The notes beneath the pieces were generated by a model. The model searched no databases. It saw nothing but the letters and a program-made list of their open reading frames with translations, and was not told where the DNA came from. This document shows, in pieces, positions 33,618-41,991 of a DNA stretch of 64,000 nucleotides. Within the stretch, counting starts at the first letter, position 1; each line of letters begins with the position of its first letter. The stretch is from an uncultured Spirochaetota bacterium (lineage in GTDB: Bacteria > Spirochaetota > Spirochaetia > SZUA-6 > Fen-1364). Both the position numbers and the translations under genes were made by a program. The DNA is taken from positions 32,001 through 96,000 of the forward strand of contig CAWJSK010000002.1 of NCBI GenBank assembly GCA_963845535.1, in the 5' to 3' direction.

Positions 33618-34836
33618 GGTCGTGTACCTCTTTGCCTATAGTCACTTGTTTGGAAACCTTTAAAGACCCTCCCCGGAGCAAAAACAGAACGCTGTTCTTT
33701 TCCCATATCCGAAATTCCAAATTGCGTTGCGCGCGGGGAATAACCCAACGATTTAGTGCCGCCTGACTTATCGCTTTTGCCGAAAGGAGGTCTCGATATT
33801 GTGCGCGATGTACCTTGCCCAGCAAATACCTCTTTGCGTTTGATGCAACGTCGCATAGATAGACTTCTCGTTGTATTCCATGCCGTAGCAGGTTCGGGTT
33901 CATATGAAGCATCGACATCGTTTGCCTGATTGCGCGCAGGCGCCAATTGGGGCCTTGGCCGAATTTGTTGTTGTTAGCATAGCTATCCTTGCGGAGCTCG
34001 AGATAGCGTCGCATAAGCCCGAACAGTGAATCCGAGACGTGAAAGTGTCCCCAGCCAGACGTGTAGCCAATTGGGCGGAAATACTTGGTGCCGTTAAGAT
34101 TCAGTCGATTGTATACCGACGACCTTCCGAGAGCTGACGATGTGGTAACCGCTATATATTTAGCGTTTTTTTCCTTTCCGGAAATAATCCCGCGCTTATT
34201 AAAGTACTTTTCGAGGAAGATGTCACGTATCTCGGTGCTCCGAACCAGGCATGCAACCAACTTGCCGCACAAGAGCGCATTGTAGGGAGGAATCGCGCCC
34301 AAAACATAGGCGTCCATAACGTTCACCAACTTTGCCTTTCGCTGTTCCGAGGTCCAACCAATGACGTCGTCACGAACTCGAAGGTTAAACACCGGGTCTC
34401 CCAGTGCAATCAGGCCCATCAGTTTCCTGTTCGACTCATCCCAAACCAAAAACCGTAAACGTCTGCCATAGCCTTTTGAAACAGGGATAGTCCACAAGAG
34501 TGAGGCAAGCCTGAAAAGGCTAGATTGCCAAGTTCCGGATGCAACTATTTCCAGCGCGGGATCAATGCTTTCTGGCATTATATCGCAGCCGTTCGCGAAG
34601 TACCTACTTAGTTTGGGCCACTGACCTTCTATGAAATCTCGTTCGTCTCGCAACAGCGAAAGCCTTTGCTCGTGGTGTAGCGCCCTAACCGTCTCTTTAG
34701 AACTATCGGAAGGAGCCAAGCCTCCGGTAGGGGTATGGACGAACCCGGCTTTCGCCAGGCTCTTGCGGAGTGAGCGTTTGATGCGCGCCTCTATGGTAAA
34801 GGGCATGATTATCATTGGTGTTTGATTCATAGTCAC
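33604..34836 (-). CDS. DruA-like (DUF4338) protein
   Basis: GYGRRLRFLVWD, GLIALGDPVFNL..RDDVIGW, YVLGAIPPYNALLCGKLVA, TTSSALGRSSVYNRL, GYTSGWGHFH resemble Druantia DruA/DUF4338. Stop overlaps the nurA start by 14 nt. Confidence 0.8.
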   Translation of the reverse strand: MTMNQTPMIIMPFTIEARIKRSLRKSLAKAGFVHTPTGGLAPSDSSKETVRALHHEQRLSLLRDERDFIEGQWPKLSRYFANGCDIMPESIDPALEIVASGTWQSSLFRLASLLWTIPVSKGYGRRLRFLVWDESNRKLMGLIALGDPVFNLRVRDDVIGWTSEQRKAKLVNVMDAYVLGAIPPYNALLCGKLVACLVRSTEIRDIFLEKYFNKRGIISGKEKNAKYIAVTTSSALGRSSVYNRLNLNGTKYFRPIGYTSGWGHFHVSDSLFGLMRRYLELRKDSYANNNKFGQGPNWRLRAIRQTMSMLHMNPNLLRHGIQREVYLCDVASNAKRYLLGKVHRAQYRDLLSAKAISQAALNRWVIPRAQRNLEFRIWEKNSVLFLLRGGSLKVSKQVTIGKEVHDHGSR

Positions 34837-34989
34837 AAACGATGATAGAGAATAACTGACATCTTGTCGCCACTTGACGAGGCTGTAGAATTAGTATCCG
34901 CAGCGGGCCTTCTCCTGCAGAATACCGTATCGTCATCGGGGGAGGAAGCTATCAGATCAGCGCGATTTTGTGCGACATTCTTGACCGTC

Positions 34990-35150
34990 TGTTACACCGA
35001 CTAGTCGGCCGCACCATGTTTGCGTTGGACGGGTGCAAGATCGCCTCCAACTGCGCCAAGGAGTGGAGCGGCACGAAGAAGGAGCTGAAAAAGAAAGCCG
35101 AAAAGATTGAGCAATCAGTGCGGCTGCTAATCGAACGCCACTGTGCAGCT
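34990..35150 (+). pseudogene. Internal fragment of an IS1182-like transposase
   Basis: LVGRTMFALDGCKIASNCAKEWSGTKKELKKK resembles the first catalytic-Asp (DG.K..AN) segment. No ends or remainder of the gene. Confidence 0.6.
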
Positions 35151-35195
35151 TATACCGCTCGACGGAGCCGGACCAACAGGAACATTAAAGGACGG

Positions 35196-36032
35196 TCACC
35201 GACGCCGAGTATTCAGGAATCTCCAGTTTCTTTCATCCTTACGATAGCCCAGAGCCCACCTGCAGATTGAGATTCGTTCCCAATCGGCCAAGAGGGCAAA
35301 GTCCCACTCCTTACCTGCTGCCTTTGCCCTAATCGCGTAGTCGACCAAGCTTGCAGACAGATTCCCCGGACCGGTCGTCGACTGTATCTCTGGTCTTTCC
35401 GACCGCTTAAGCAAAACGCGGGTGGCTCTTTCAAGGGCAATCCTCAATAGAGCGTGACCCGGTGGCGCAATGAGAGGGTTGTTGTTGACATAGAAAATCC
35501 GCTGCGAGGGATAGGCTTCATCGTTCAGGAAGATTTCCGGGCGTACCATCTCATCCGTTGCGGTATCATAGCAAAGAGGCTGAATCTTGATCCTCGGATC
35601 ATTCACCAAGGCGCCACATTCCGCACCTTGGTAGACTTCATCTGCATCTACATAGAATCCGCCGCTCTCCAGAAGGTAACAGAGCCTGAAGTAATCACAG
35701 CGCATTGCCGGGTGATAGCACAGATCATATGCTGTCACATATTCCGGCGTGTAGCGATCGCAGATGAACGCTCTCGCACCGTCGTCATCAAAGATGAGCT
35801 GGTGGAAGCCGTCTTTTAAGAGGGGTTTCCAGCTGTCGATGCACTCGTTCACGTCGTCTGGCAACTTCCGCAAATCATGCCAATATTGAACTAGAACCCT
35901 GGGAATGTGGTCTTCAACGGGCGACTTGGACCGCAGAGGGGGAATTGGCTGATGAAGGAGCCACTGTATGACGCCCGAGCGGAAGGAATGGTTCGCGGCC
36001 GAGCCTGTGAGCCCTGGGGAAGGTAGATTCAT
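35196..36032 (-). CDS. DXD glycosyltransferase (GT32/Och1- or TcdA-like sugar-binding fold)
   Basis: IPRVLVQYW, MRCDYFRLCYL, GGFYVDAD, NNPLIAPPGH, TTGPG. ATG at 36032 overlaps the upstream TGA (ATGA). Confidence 0.85.
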   Translation of the reverse strand: MNLPSPGLTGSAANHSFRSGVIQWLLHQPIPPLRSKSPVEDHIPRVLVQYWHDLRKLPDDVNECIDSWKPLLKDGFHQLIFDDDGARAFICDRYTPEYVTAYDLCYHPAMRCDYFRLCYLLESGGFYVDADEVYQGAECGALVNDPRIKIQPLCYDTATDEMVRPEIFLNDEAYPSQRIFYVNNNPLIAPPGHALLRIALERATRVLLKRSERPEIQSTTGPGNLSASLVDYAIRAKAAGKEWDFALLADWERISICRWALGYRKDERNWRFLNTRRR

Positions 36033-38185
36033 GTTTGGTCCGAATACTCTGAGTCCGCCAAGGCTATGAGATTGGGCGCCCAATTGGAAACTCGAATATC
36101 CTTGATATCGCTGTAGACAGGAATATCGCCGTACTTGAGTTCCCCCGCAAGTTCTGTCGAACTTGGGGGCCAAGTATTGATGTAAAGACGCATGGGAAGG
36201 GACGGGAGCGGAGTAGGTTCCCATATAGCTCTCGCATGTACCAAATGGTCGTCGACAAACCACCTCATCTCATGCGGCTCCCACTCGATGGCATACCGGT
36301 GATAGTCGTCGGCTGCGTCGAAGGAGAGCTCGATCAGTATGGGTGTACCTCTGTTGCCGTAATTTAGGCTACCTCCTTCCTCTCCGGGGTTGAAATAGAC
36401 ATTTGTAAGCATTTTAGCGGTGTCACGACCCAAGAACTCAACGTCAATCTCCTGCCATGGGTTGTTTCTGTGCAAGAAGAACGCTGTAATGACTCCATCT
36501 GCCTTTGCAGGTCTTAGCGTTGCCTCGAAACGACCGAACCTGTAGAGACGTGCACTTGCAAGTGAACCCGATGAATAGTCCTTGTTTTCGGTCCTCTGTT
36601 TGTGGAGCAAGATGCGAAAACCGCCGCCGTCCAAAGCAATGATATTCTCTTTTCGGAACATAGATAGGTTTGACGGAAAAGAGTCGGTCAGAGATTCCCA
36701 TCTTATTCCGTCCGAGCCGTCATCTGCCGTCATAAAAATGCCCGTGCGCTCTCCTCTGGTACGTCGTTGCGAAGGTACCCCGAAGGCAGGCAGCCTTCCG
36801 TACGGCACTATCCAAGGATGAACGTCGTGCTCCAGTACGTGCGCTGGACGCATATCAATAGGGATGCTCACGAAGGTGGAAGCAGTGCTAGGACGGAACT
36901 GGGTAGCGGGCACGTCCCTCGGAAAGGGATCGCGCGAAGGCTTACACGAGAGAAACCGACACAGCGAGCGCCAAGCGCCCTGCGTTCGCACATCTATCGC
37001 CAGAAGCCTGTGAGGGTTACTCGAGAAGTAGTTCCTCATCCTATTATAGGCCGTGCCGGATAGCTCGTTTCCCTCAGCTGGCACCTTGGGAATTATGAAC
37101 ACTGCCTCGGGATAGAGCTGATTAAGCTTTATGAATGCGTTAGAGAGGCACGCCACACCGACGTAAGCGTCGAAAAGCAGTGGGAGGTTGTTCTCTAGAA
37201 GGAGTCCGATGCTTTCGGAAAACCGACCCCAAGCGTCGTAACAGCAGCGGTATCCGAGGAGGCTCAAGGCTACGTCAAGAACATGGGCATCCAAAGGGGG
37301 GAATCCGATGCAGAAGACCGGATGGCGACCTTTGAGATTCTCAAGATCAACGTGGGAACTATCTGCCTGTACGCCGATCTGCGAAAGCAGGGGGAGAATC
37401 GAGTATCGATTGTCTGAACCTATGTCCGTTCGCTGTGAAACGATGGAGCTAGGTGTTGAGTAGACATCCAATGCCGAACAAAGATGATTCACCCAGAGAT
37501 CCACTGGGCCTATCACGGGAAGCATCTTTAGTATTCGGATAACTCCTGAAAAGGAGAGGACATATCCAGATAGCCACCAGTATCCCCGCCTAAATCTAAG
37601 AAGGTTGGGCGAGACAGAAGTTCGCTCCGCTCCGCGATCAACTTCACGATAGGAGAGATAGAGCATATCGAACATGGCTCCATCGCTCCTCCTCCGGGGC
37701 AACTCCCGCCACGTCCTGTTGAGTTGAACCGAGAATGTCCTGTCAAAGAAGACGTCATCCTCGAGAAACAAGGCGTAGCGAACCCCATCTGCGAGCATTT
37801 GACGCCACGCCCTTATGTGAGAGAGAGCGACGGCGATCTGCTCCCGCGTGAGGCTTATCCGTACGGCTTCTTCGCGTATCTTGGGCAAAAGCCGAGGATC
37901 GGGGTCAACATAGTACTGTGCTTCCAGGGGATAGCTACGCTCGACGCACGACACTTCATCCTTTGGCAACTCAATTCTGCCGTCGACTGCCGAGACGCGG
38001 CGGCAGAAGTCCATCAAGGGAAGACCTCCCTCAACTCTGTGGCGAAGAGCCTCGTCGACAAAGTTGGCCCAACGAACTGGCTGGCGGTCGAGATTGATAA
38101 TGTACACAGCTTGAATACGATCGGCGTCAGCGATCCCTGTCGGAGCAAGTGCAGACAAGGGCTCGCTAGTGCCGAGGTCGCGCAA
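36029..38185 (-). CDS. Three-domain fusion: GT25 glycosyltransferase, sulfotransferase-like P-loop domain, GH16 glucanase
   Basis: YIINLDRQPVRW, SAVDG, LSHIRAW, FLEDD (GT25); VFCIG...ALSLLGY...WRSLCRFL (sulfotransferase-like); QEIDVEFLG, YHRYAIEW, WFVD (GH16). Start uncertain. Confidence 0.8.
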   Translation of the reverse strand: MRDLGTSEPLSALAPTGIADADRIQAVYIINLDRQPVRWANFVDEALRHRVEGGLPLMDFCRRVSAVDGRIELPKDEVSCVERSYPLEAQYYVDPDPRLLPKIREEAVRISLTREQIAVALSHIRAWRQMLADGVRYALFLEDDVFFDRTFSVQLNRTWRELPRRRSDGAMFDMLYLSYREVDRGAERTSVSPNLLRFRRGYWWLSGYVLSFSGVIRILKMLPVIGPVDLWVNHLCSALDVYSTPSSIVSQRTDIGSDNRYSILPLLSQIGVQADSSHVDLENLKGRHPVFCIGFPPLDAHVLDVALSLLGYRCCYDAWGRFSESIGLLLENNLPLLFDAYVGVACLSNAFIKLNQLYPEAVFIIPKVPAEGNELSGTAYNRMRNYFSSNPHRLLAIDVRTQGAWRSLCRFLSCKPSRDPFPRDVPATQFRPSTASTFVSIPIDMRPAHVLEHDVHPWIVPYGRLPAFGVPSQRRTRGERTGIFMTADDGSDGIRWESLTDSFPSNLSMFRKENIIALDGGGFRILLHKQRTENKDYSSGSLASARLYRFGRFEATLRPAKADGVITAFFLHRNNPWQEIDVEFLGRDTAKMLTNVYFNPGEEGGSLNYGNRGTPILIELSFDAADDYHRYAIEWEPHEMRWFVDDHLVHARAIWEPTPLPSLPMRLYINTWPPSSTELAGELKYGDIPVYSDIKDIRVSNWAPNLIALADSEYSDQT

Positions 38186-38290
38186 GAGACGTTCTGATCC
38201 AGAAGGTCAACCTTCGGGAGAACTCGGAACCAGCTATGATGTTCATAGGGGCATCTCTGGCTTCACTCCTCCGCCTTCGAGGAATGAGCG

Positions 38291-38409
38291 CCATAACATA
38301 GAGTTAAGCCGCCCCACTGACACGAAGCCAAGCAGCGACAGCGTTTGCAAAACACTTGCCCCACTCCTATCCGGCCCAATAAGGGGTCGGCTTCAACGAC
38401 TTGTTACGC
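38291..38409 (-). other. attC integron recombination site (119 bp)
   Basis: Minus strand GCGTAAC-aagtc-GTTGAAGC-cgacccc...ggggcg-GCTTAAC-tctat-GTTATGG. The upstream gene's TAA stop lies inside R''. Confidence 0.92.
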
Positions 38410-39365
38410 GTGATCGGTTTTCCTCTTCCGTTTCACGTAGTTCGAGCGACAACTTGTGAGATAGTCCTTGTGTTCTCTGATCTTCTTGAGAATCAAGTCG
38501 GCAAAATCCTGAGAGTACTTATGAGTGACCGGGTTGTCTGCTCTGTAATGGTATTTATTCACCTTGTCTGCGCGAACCTTTTCTGCGGCTACTATGCTAA
38601 GTATATCGTTCCTGTTCAGTGGGGGTAGCCCGTCTTTCTTTAGGCTTTCATTAACCGACGCAAGAAGCTCTTTGGCTCTGAATGGATGCGTTCTATCGGG
38701 ATCCTTTGGGATCTCGACGACCCTCGCCGTCGTTCCATCCTTTGTAAGAGAAATCTCAATATCACCTTCTACGGCCTTACTAGAAAGAACGAATCGGTAC
38801 TCAATTGGTATCGCATAAAATGGGCTGTTTGCTTCTGACTCCTCTCTATTGAACCTGCTAAGGAACTTTTCAACTCGAGAGTAAATCTCCGAGTCATAAG
38901 ACAAACGAATAGCCTCCCGGTCCGCGTCCCTGATGTCGGCAACTAGCGAGAGCAACCCCATGCTTTTTGAGAGCAAAGGATTCCGAATTTCATACTTTTC
39001 AGCAACACGAACAAAGTTCATGACATTGGCCTGGAAGAGCCTAGATAATGTGCTCTGAATTTCAGGGATGACCAAATGTGTAGCCTGATCTCTAAGAGCG
39101 ATTATCAATTCCAAATTCTTTCTGACTACGTCATTTGCGTCGGGAATCAACTTGGCCACGCAATCACTGACAGACAAGGTACGGTCCGTTGAGCCTTCGT
39201 AGAAGATAGCCTTTTCGCCATGGATTCTGACGATTAGCGACTTCAGTAGTAGTTCCCAAGCGTTTACCACTAGTACCAGGAATGATTCAGCTTTGTAAGT
39301 CAGAATCGGCTTGTTGTAGAGTTCAAGCGAGAGGGCAAAGGCCTCAAGACTCTTGTCGATAAGTA

Positions 39366-40945
39366 GGGCTTCCTGAAAAAGGGGTAATTTGATTTCCGGC
39401 TTAGAAATATGGTATAAATGAAGCGGGAGGGCTGCACGGGAAATGGCACATAGGCCACAAAAACCGTGCAGATGATTGCCAAATTGTACAGGAAGAAATC
39501 CACTCATCCCGAGTTCGAGAAGTTCTACCTGCCATTCGGAGGGAAGCTTCGAAGCGATAATCGTTGGGTTATCATGGCGAAGCTCATGCCATGGGATGAG
39601 GTGAGCAGAAATACGCGATGCAATTTCATGACTGCCAGATCGGGGCTCCAGCGAAAAGCGCCCGCGTTGCCCTGGGATCTCTGATGATCAAAGAGCGATT
39701 GAAAACGACGGATGAGGAAACCGTCGAGCAGATCAAGGAAAATCCGTACCTGCAATTCTTTCTTGGGTATGAGTATTACAACGACGAGCAACCATTTGAT
39801 CCATCGATGATGGTGTATTTCCGAAAGCGTTTCACGCTGGAGGATTTGACTCATTTCCAGGAGGAACTCAAGCGTAGGCTTGATGCGATTGAAAAGAAAG
39901 ACCGCGAAGACAAAGGAAGTGGAGGTAGCGGGAATCGGGGGAAGCTCCTGGTGGACGCTACGGTAACCCCCGCGGATATCCGATTTCCCACCGACATGTC
40001 CCTGCTCAACGAAGCTCGGGAGAAGACGGAAGCCGTCATTGATATTTTACACGCTCCGCTGAGAGGGGAGCAGGAAAAAGTACGTACTCATCGCCAGAAA
40101 GCGCGTACGGACTATCTGGGGTTTGCGAAAGCAAAGAAGAAGACCCGCCGAGCCATACGCCGTGCCATCGGGAAGCAACTTCGCTATTTGCGAAGGAATT
40201 TGGGGCATATCAAGGAATTGTCAACAAAGGTTCCCTTGAGTGAGCTGTCGCGACGACAATACAAGGATCTGCTGGTCATTCATGAGCTTTACCGACAACA
40301 GGACCTGATGTATCGAGGGAAAACGCATCGAGTCGATGACCGGATTGTCAGCATCAGCCAACCTCATGTACGTCCGATTGTGCGCGGGAAAGCGGGTGCT
40401 GAGGTCGAGTTTGGTGCCAAGATCTCGGTCAGTTGCGTTGATGGGATGTGCTTTGTAGATCGACTAAGTTGGGATGCATACAACGAAGGCCAAGATCTGA
40501 TCGGGCAGATCGAGAAATATCGGAAACGATTCAGTTTCTATCCTGAGTCAGTACATGTGGATAAGATTTATCGCACGCGAAGGAATCGTGAGTTCTGTAA
40601 AGTGAATGCAATCCGCATCACTGGGCCTGCGTTAGGGCGCCCCAAGGAAAACTGGGAAAGTGAAGAAGCAAGGAGAGAAGAACGCCGGCGACGAAGAAAG
40701 GATGAAGTTGATCGTATTCCGATTGAAGGGCAGTTTGGAGTCAGCAAGAGGAAATACAGTTTGGATTGTGTGAAAGCGAAGTTGGCCGATACCAGTGACA
40801 CGGTCATCGGAGTAGTAATGCTGGTGATGGGCCTTGAGCACTTGCTCCGGGCTCTTTTTTGTCCTCTGCTGATTGTCATTCGTAGGGCCTTGTCTTGCTC
40901 GGAGAAACGGGACTTTGCGCCTGCCTAGACTTTTTCAGGAAGCCC
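39366..40945 (+). mobile_element. Complete IS5-family element (1580 bp)
   Basis: Perfect 16-bp terminal IRs GGGCTTCCTGAAAAAG; 6-bp target duplication TAAGTA (39360-39365, 40946-40951). Confidence 0.93.
39466..40928 (+). CDS. IS5-family DDE transposase (frameshift near 39610)
   Basis: FYLPFGGKLRSDNRW, ENPYLQFFLG, LLVDATVTPADI, RPIVRGKAGAEVEFGAKI, VDKIY, RIPIEGQFG. Confidence 0.92.
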
Positions 40946-41250
40946 TAAGTAGCGATTCAAGATCAAGCCTTCTGATTTTTTCGCTTTTTTGAGACATGTA
41001 ATCGAAGAACCGGTCATAGCGCAGCGAACGCAGCCCCTTGGTCGAGTAGGCGACCCCGTCTTTCGTGAAGACGTAGACATTCTTCAGCCTGTTTCTGAAG
41101 TATACTGCCAGTGAACTTGGCTTGTGTCCCGTCGCAGTCGAAAGGTCCGCGATTGTGAACTCAGCACCAGATGCTTCATATGCTCTGAGCGTGTCAAATA
41201 GTTTGCGGTAGCGATCTCTTCGCTTGGTCATGGTTACCTCTTCAAACCCA

Positions 41251-41299
41251 GCCTAACAAAGAGAGCCACGGTCTCATGAACTTTTTCGTGACGTTATGC
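41251..41299 (-). other. attI-like or truncated att site marking the array start
   Basis: Minus strand GCATAAC...GTTAGGC, ending 20 nt before the first cassette's ATG. GTTAGGC is one mismatch from the complement of that cassette's R'' (GCGTAAC). Confidence 0.55.
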
Positions 41300-41429
41300 A
41301 CTATTCATCCGCCGGCACGTGCGGAGTTCCTGCGATTTTCCTCTTATGTCGATTATATACCTAAGTGGCGGTCACGCGCGAGTGCATCGACCGGGAAGGC
41401 GAATTTTTGTGAAAAATTGAAAAAATCTA

Positions 41430-41458
41430 TTGACAATTAATAAAATCAAGTATATTTT
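41430..41458 (+). promoter_or_regulatory. Putative sigma70 promoter for the DUF2089 operon
   Basis: TTGACA at 41430, then an AT-rich spacer and TATATT/TATTTT. Confidence 0.5.
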
Positions 41459-41514
41459 CCTTCCTGGATAGCGGAACACGAGACTGAATGAAGTTTCTGC
41501 AATCCAGGTGAAAA

Positions 41515-41991
41515 ATGGCAGGAAACAAGATCGATGCAAACATAAGATGCCCTTCGTGCAACGGACAGCTTTATCCGAGGGTCCTTGTCTGTGATTCGTG
41601 CGGCCTGAAGGTGGAAGGGGAGTTCGTACTGAATGAGTTCGACTCCCTCAGCCCTGACGAGCTGCACTTCCTGAGGGTCTTCGTCCAGTGCGAGGGCAGA
41701 ATCAGGGACATGGAGGCGGCCCTGGGTGTGAGCTACCCCACGGTCAAAGGGCTCCTGGCGTCGATCAAAGATAAGTTGAGCCAGAGGAGCCCGCGCTTCG
41801 CGGCCACCGCGCCACGGCGGGAAGGTGACGCAGCGGACGGCATTGACACCGCTGGCCCCGGGGCCGGGGGGGCCTCGAATGAAGCATCGGCTGACCAGAT
41901 CCTGGACCAGCTGGAGAGCGGGCAGCTCAGCTACAAGGATGCGGTGCGTCAGCTCCGCTCAGCCAGGAAGAAGGAGAATCGGAATGGGTGA
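41515..41991 (+). CDS. DUF2089-family zinc-ribbon/HTH protein
   Basis: CPSC...CDSC...EGEF; F...EGRIRDMEAALGVSYPTVK. Confidence 0.85.
   Translation: MAGNKIDANIRCPSCNGQLYPRVLVCDSCGLKVEGEFVLNEFDSLSPDELHFLRVFVQCEGRIRDMEAALGVSYPTVKGLLASIKDKLSQRSPRFAATAPRREGDAADGIDTAGPGAGGASNEASADQILDQLESGQLSYKDAVRQLRSARKKENRNG

Larger units (their letters stand above)
38404..41231 (-). pseudogene. DUF3644/HEPN-like protein (413 aa when rejoined), interrupted by an IS5-family element
   Basis: 41231-40946 joins in frame to 39359-38404 (...RRLDLESLL|IDKSLEAFALSLELYNKP...NAWELLLKS...LRDQATH). RxxxxH motif present. Confidence 0.85.

Noticed and set aside
30397..34836. Canonical Druantia system or archaeal-type herA-nurA-mre11-rad50 repair operon
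   Set aside because: No DruE helicase, DruB-D, Mre11 or Rad50 in the window.
41285..41365. dif/pdif (XerCD) site at the island edge
   Set aside because: gtgcataa and ttatgtcgat each resemble one arm but are not spaced 6 bp apart on the same strand.
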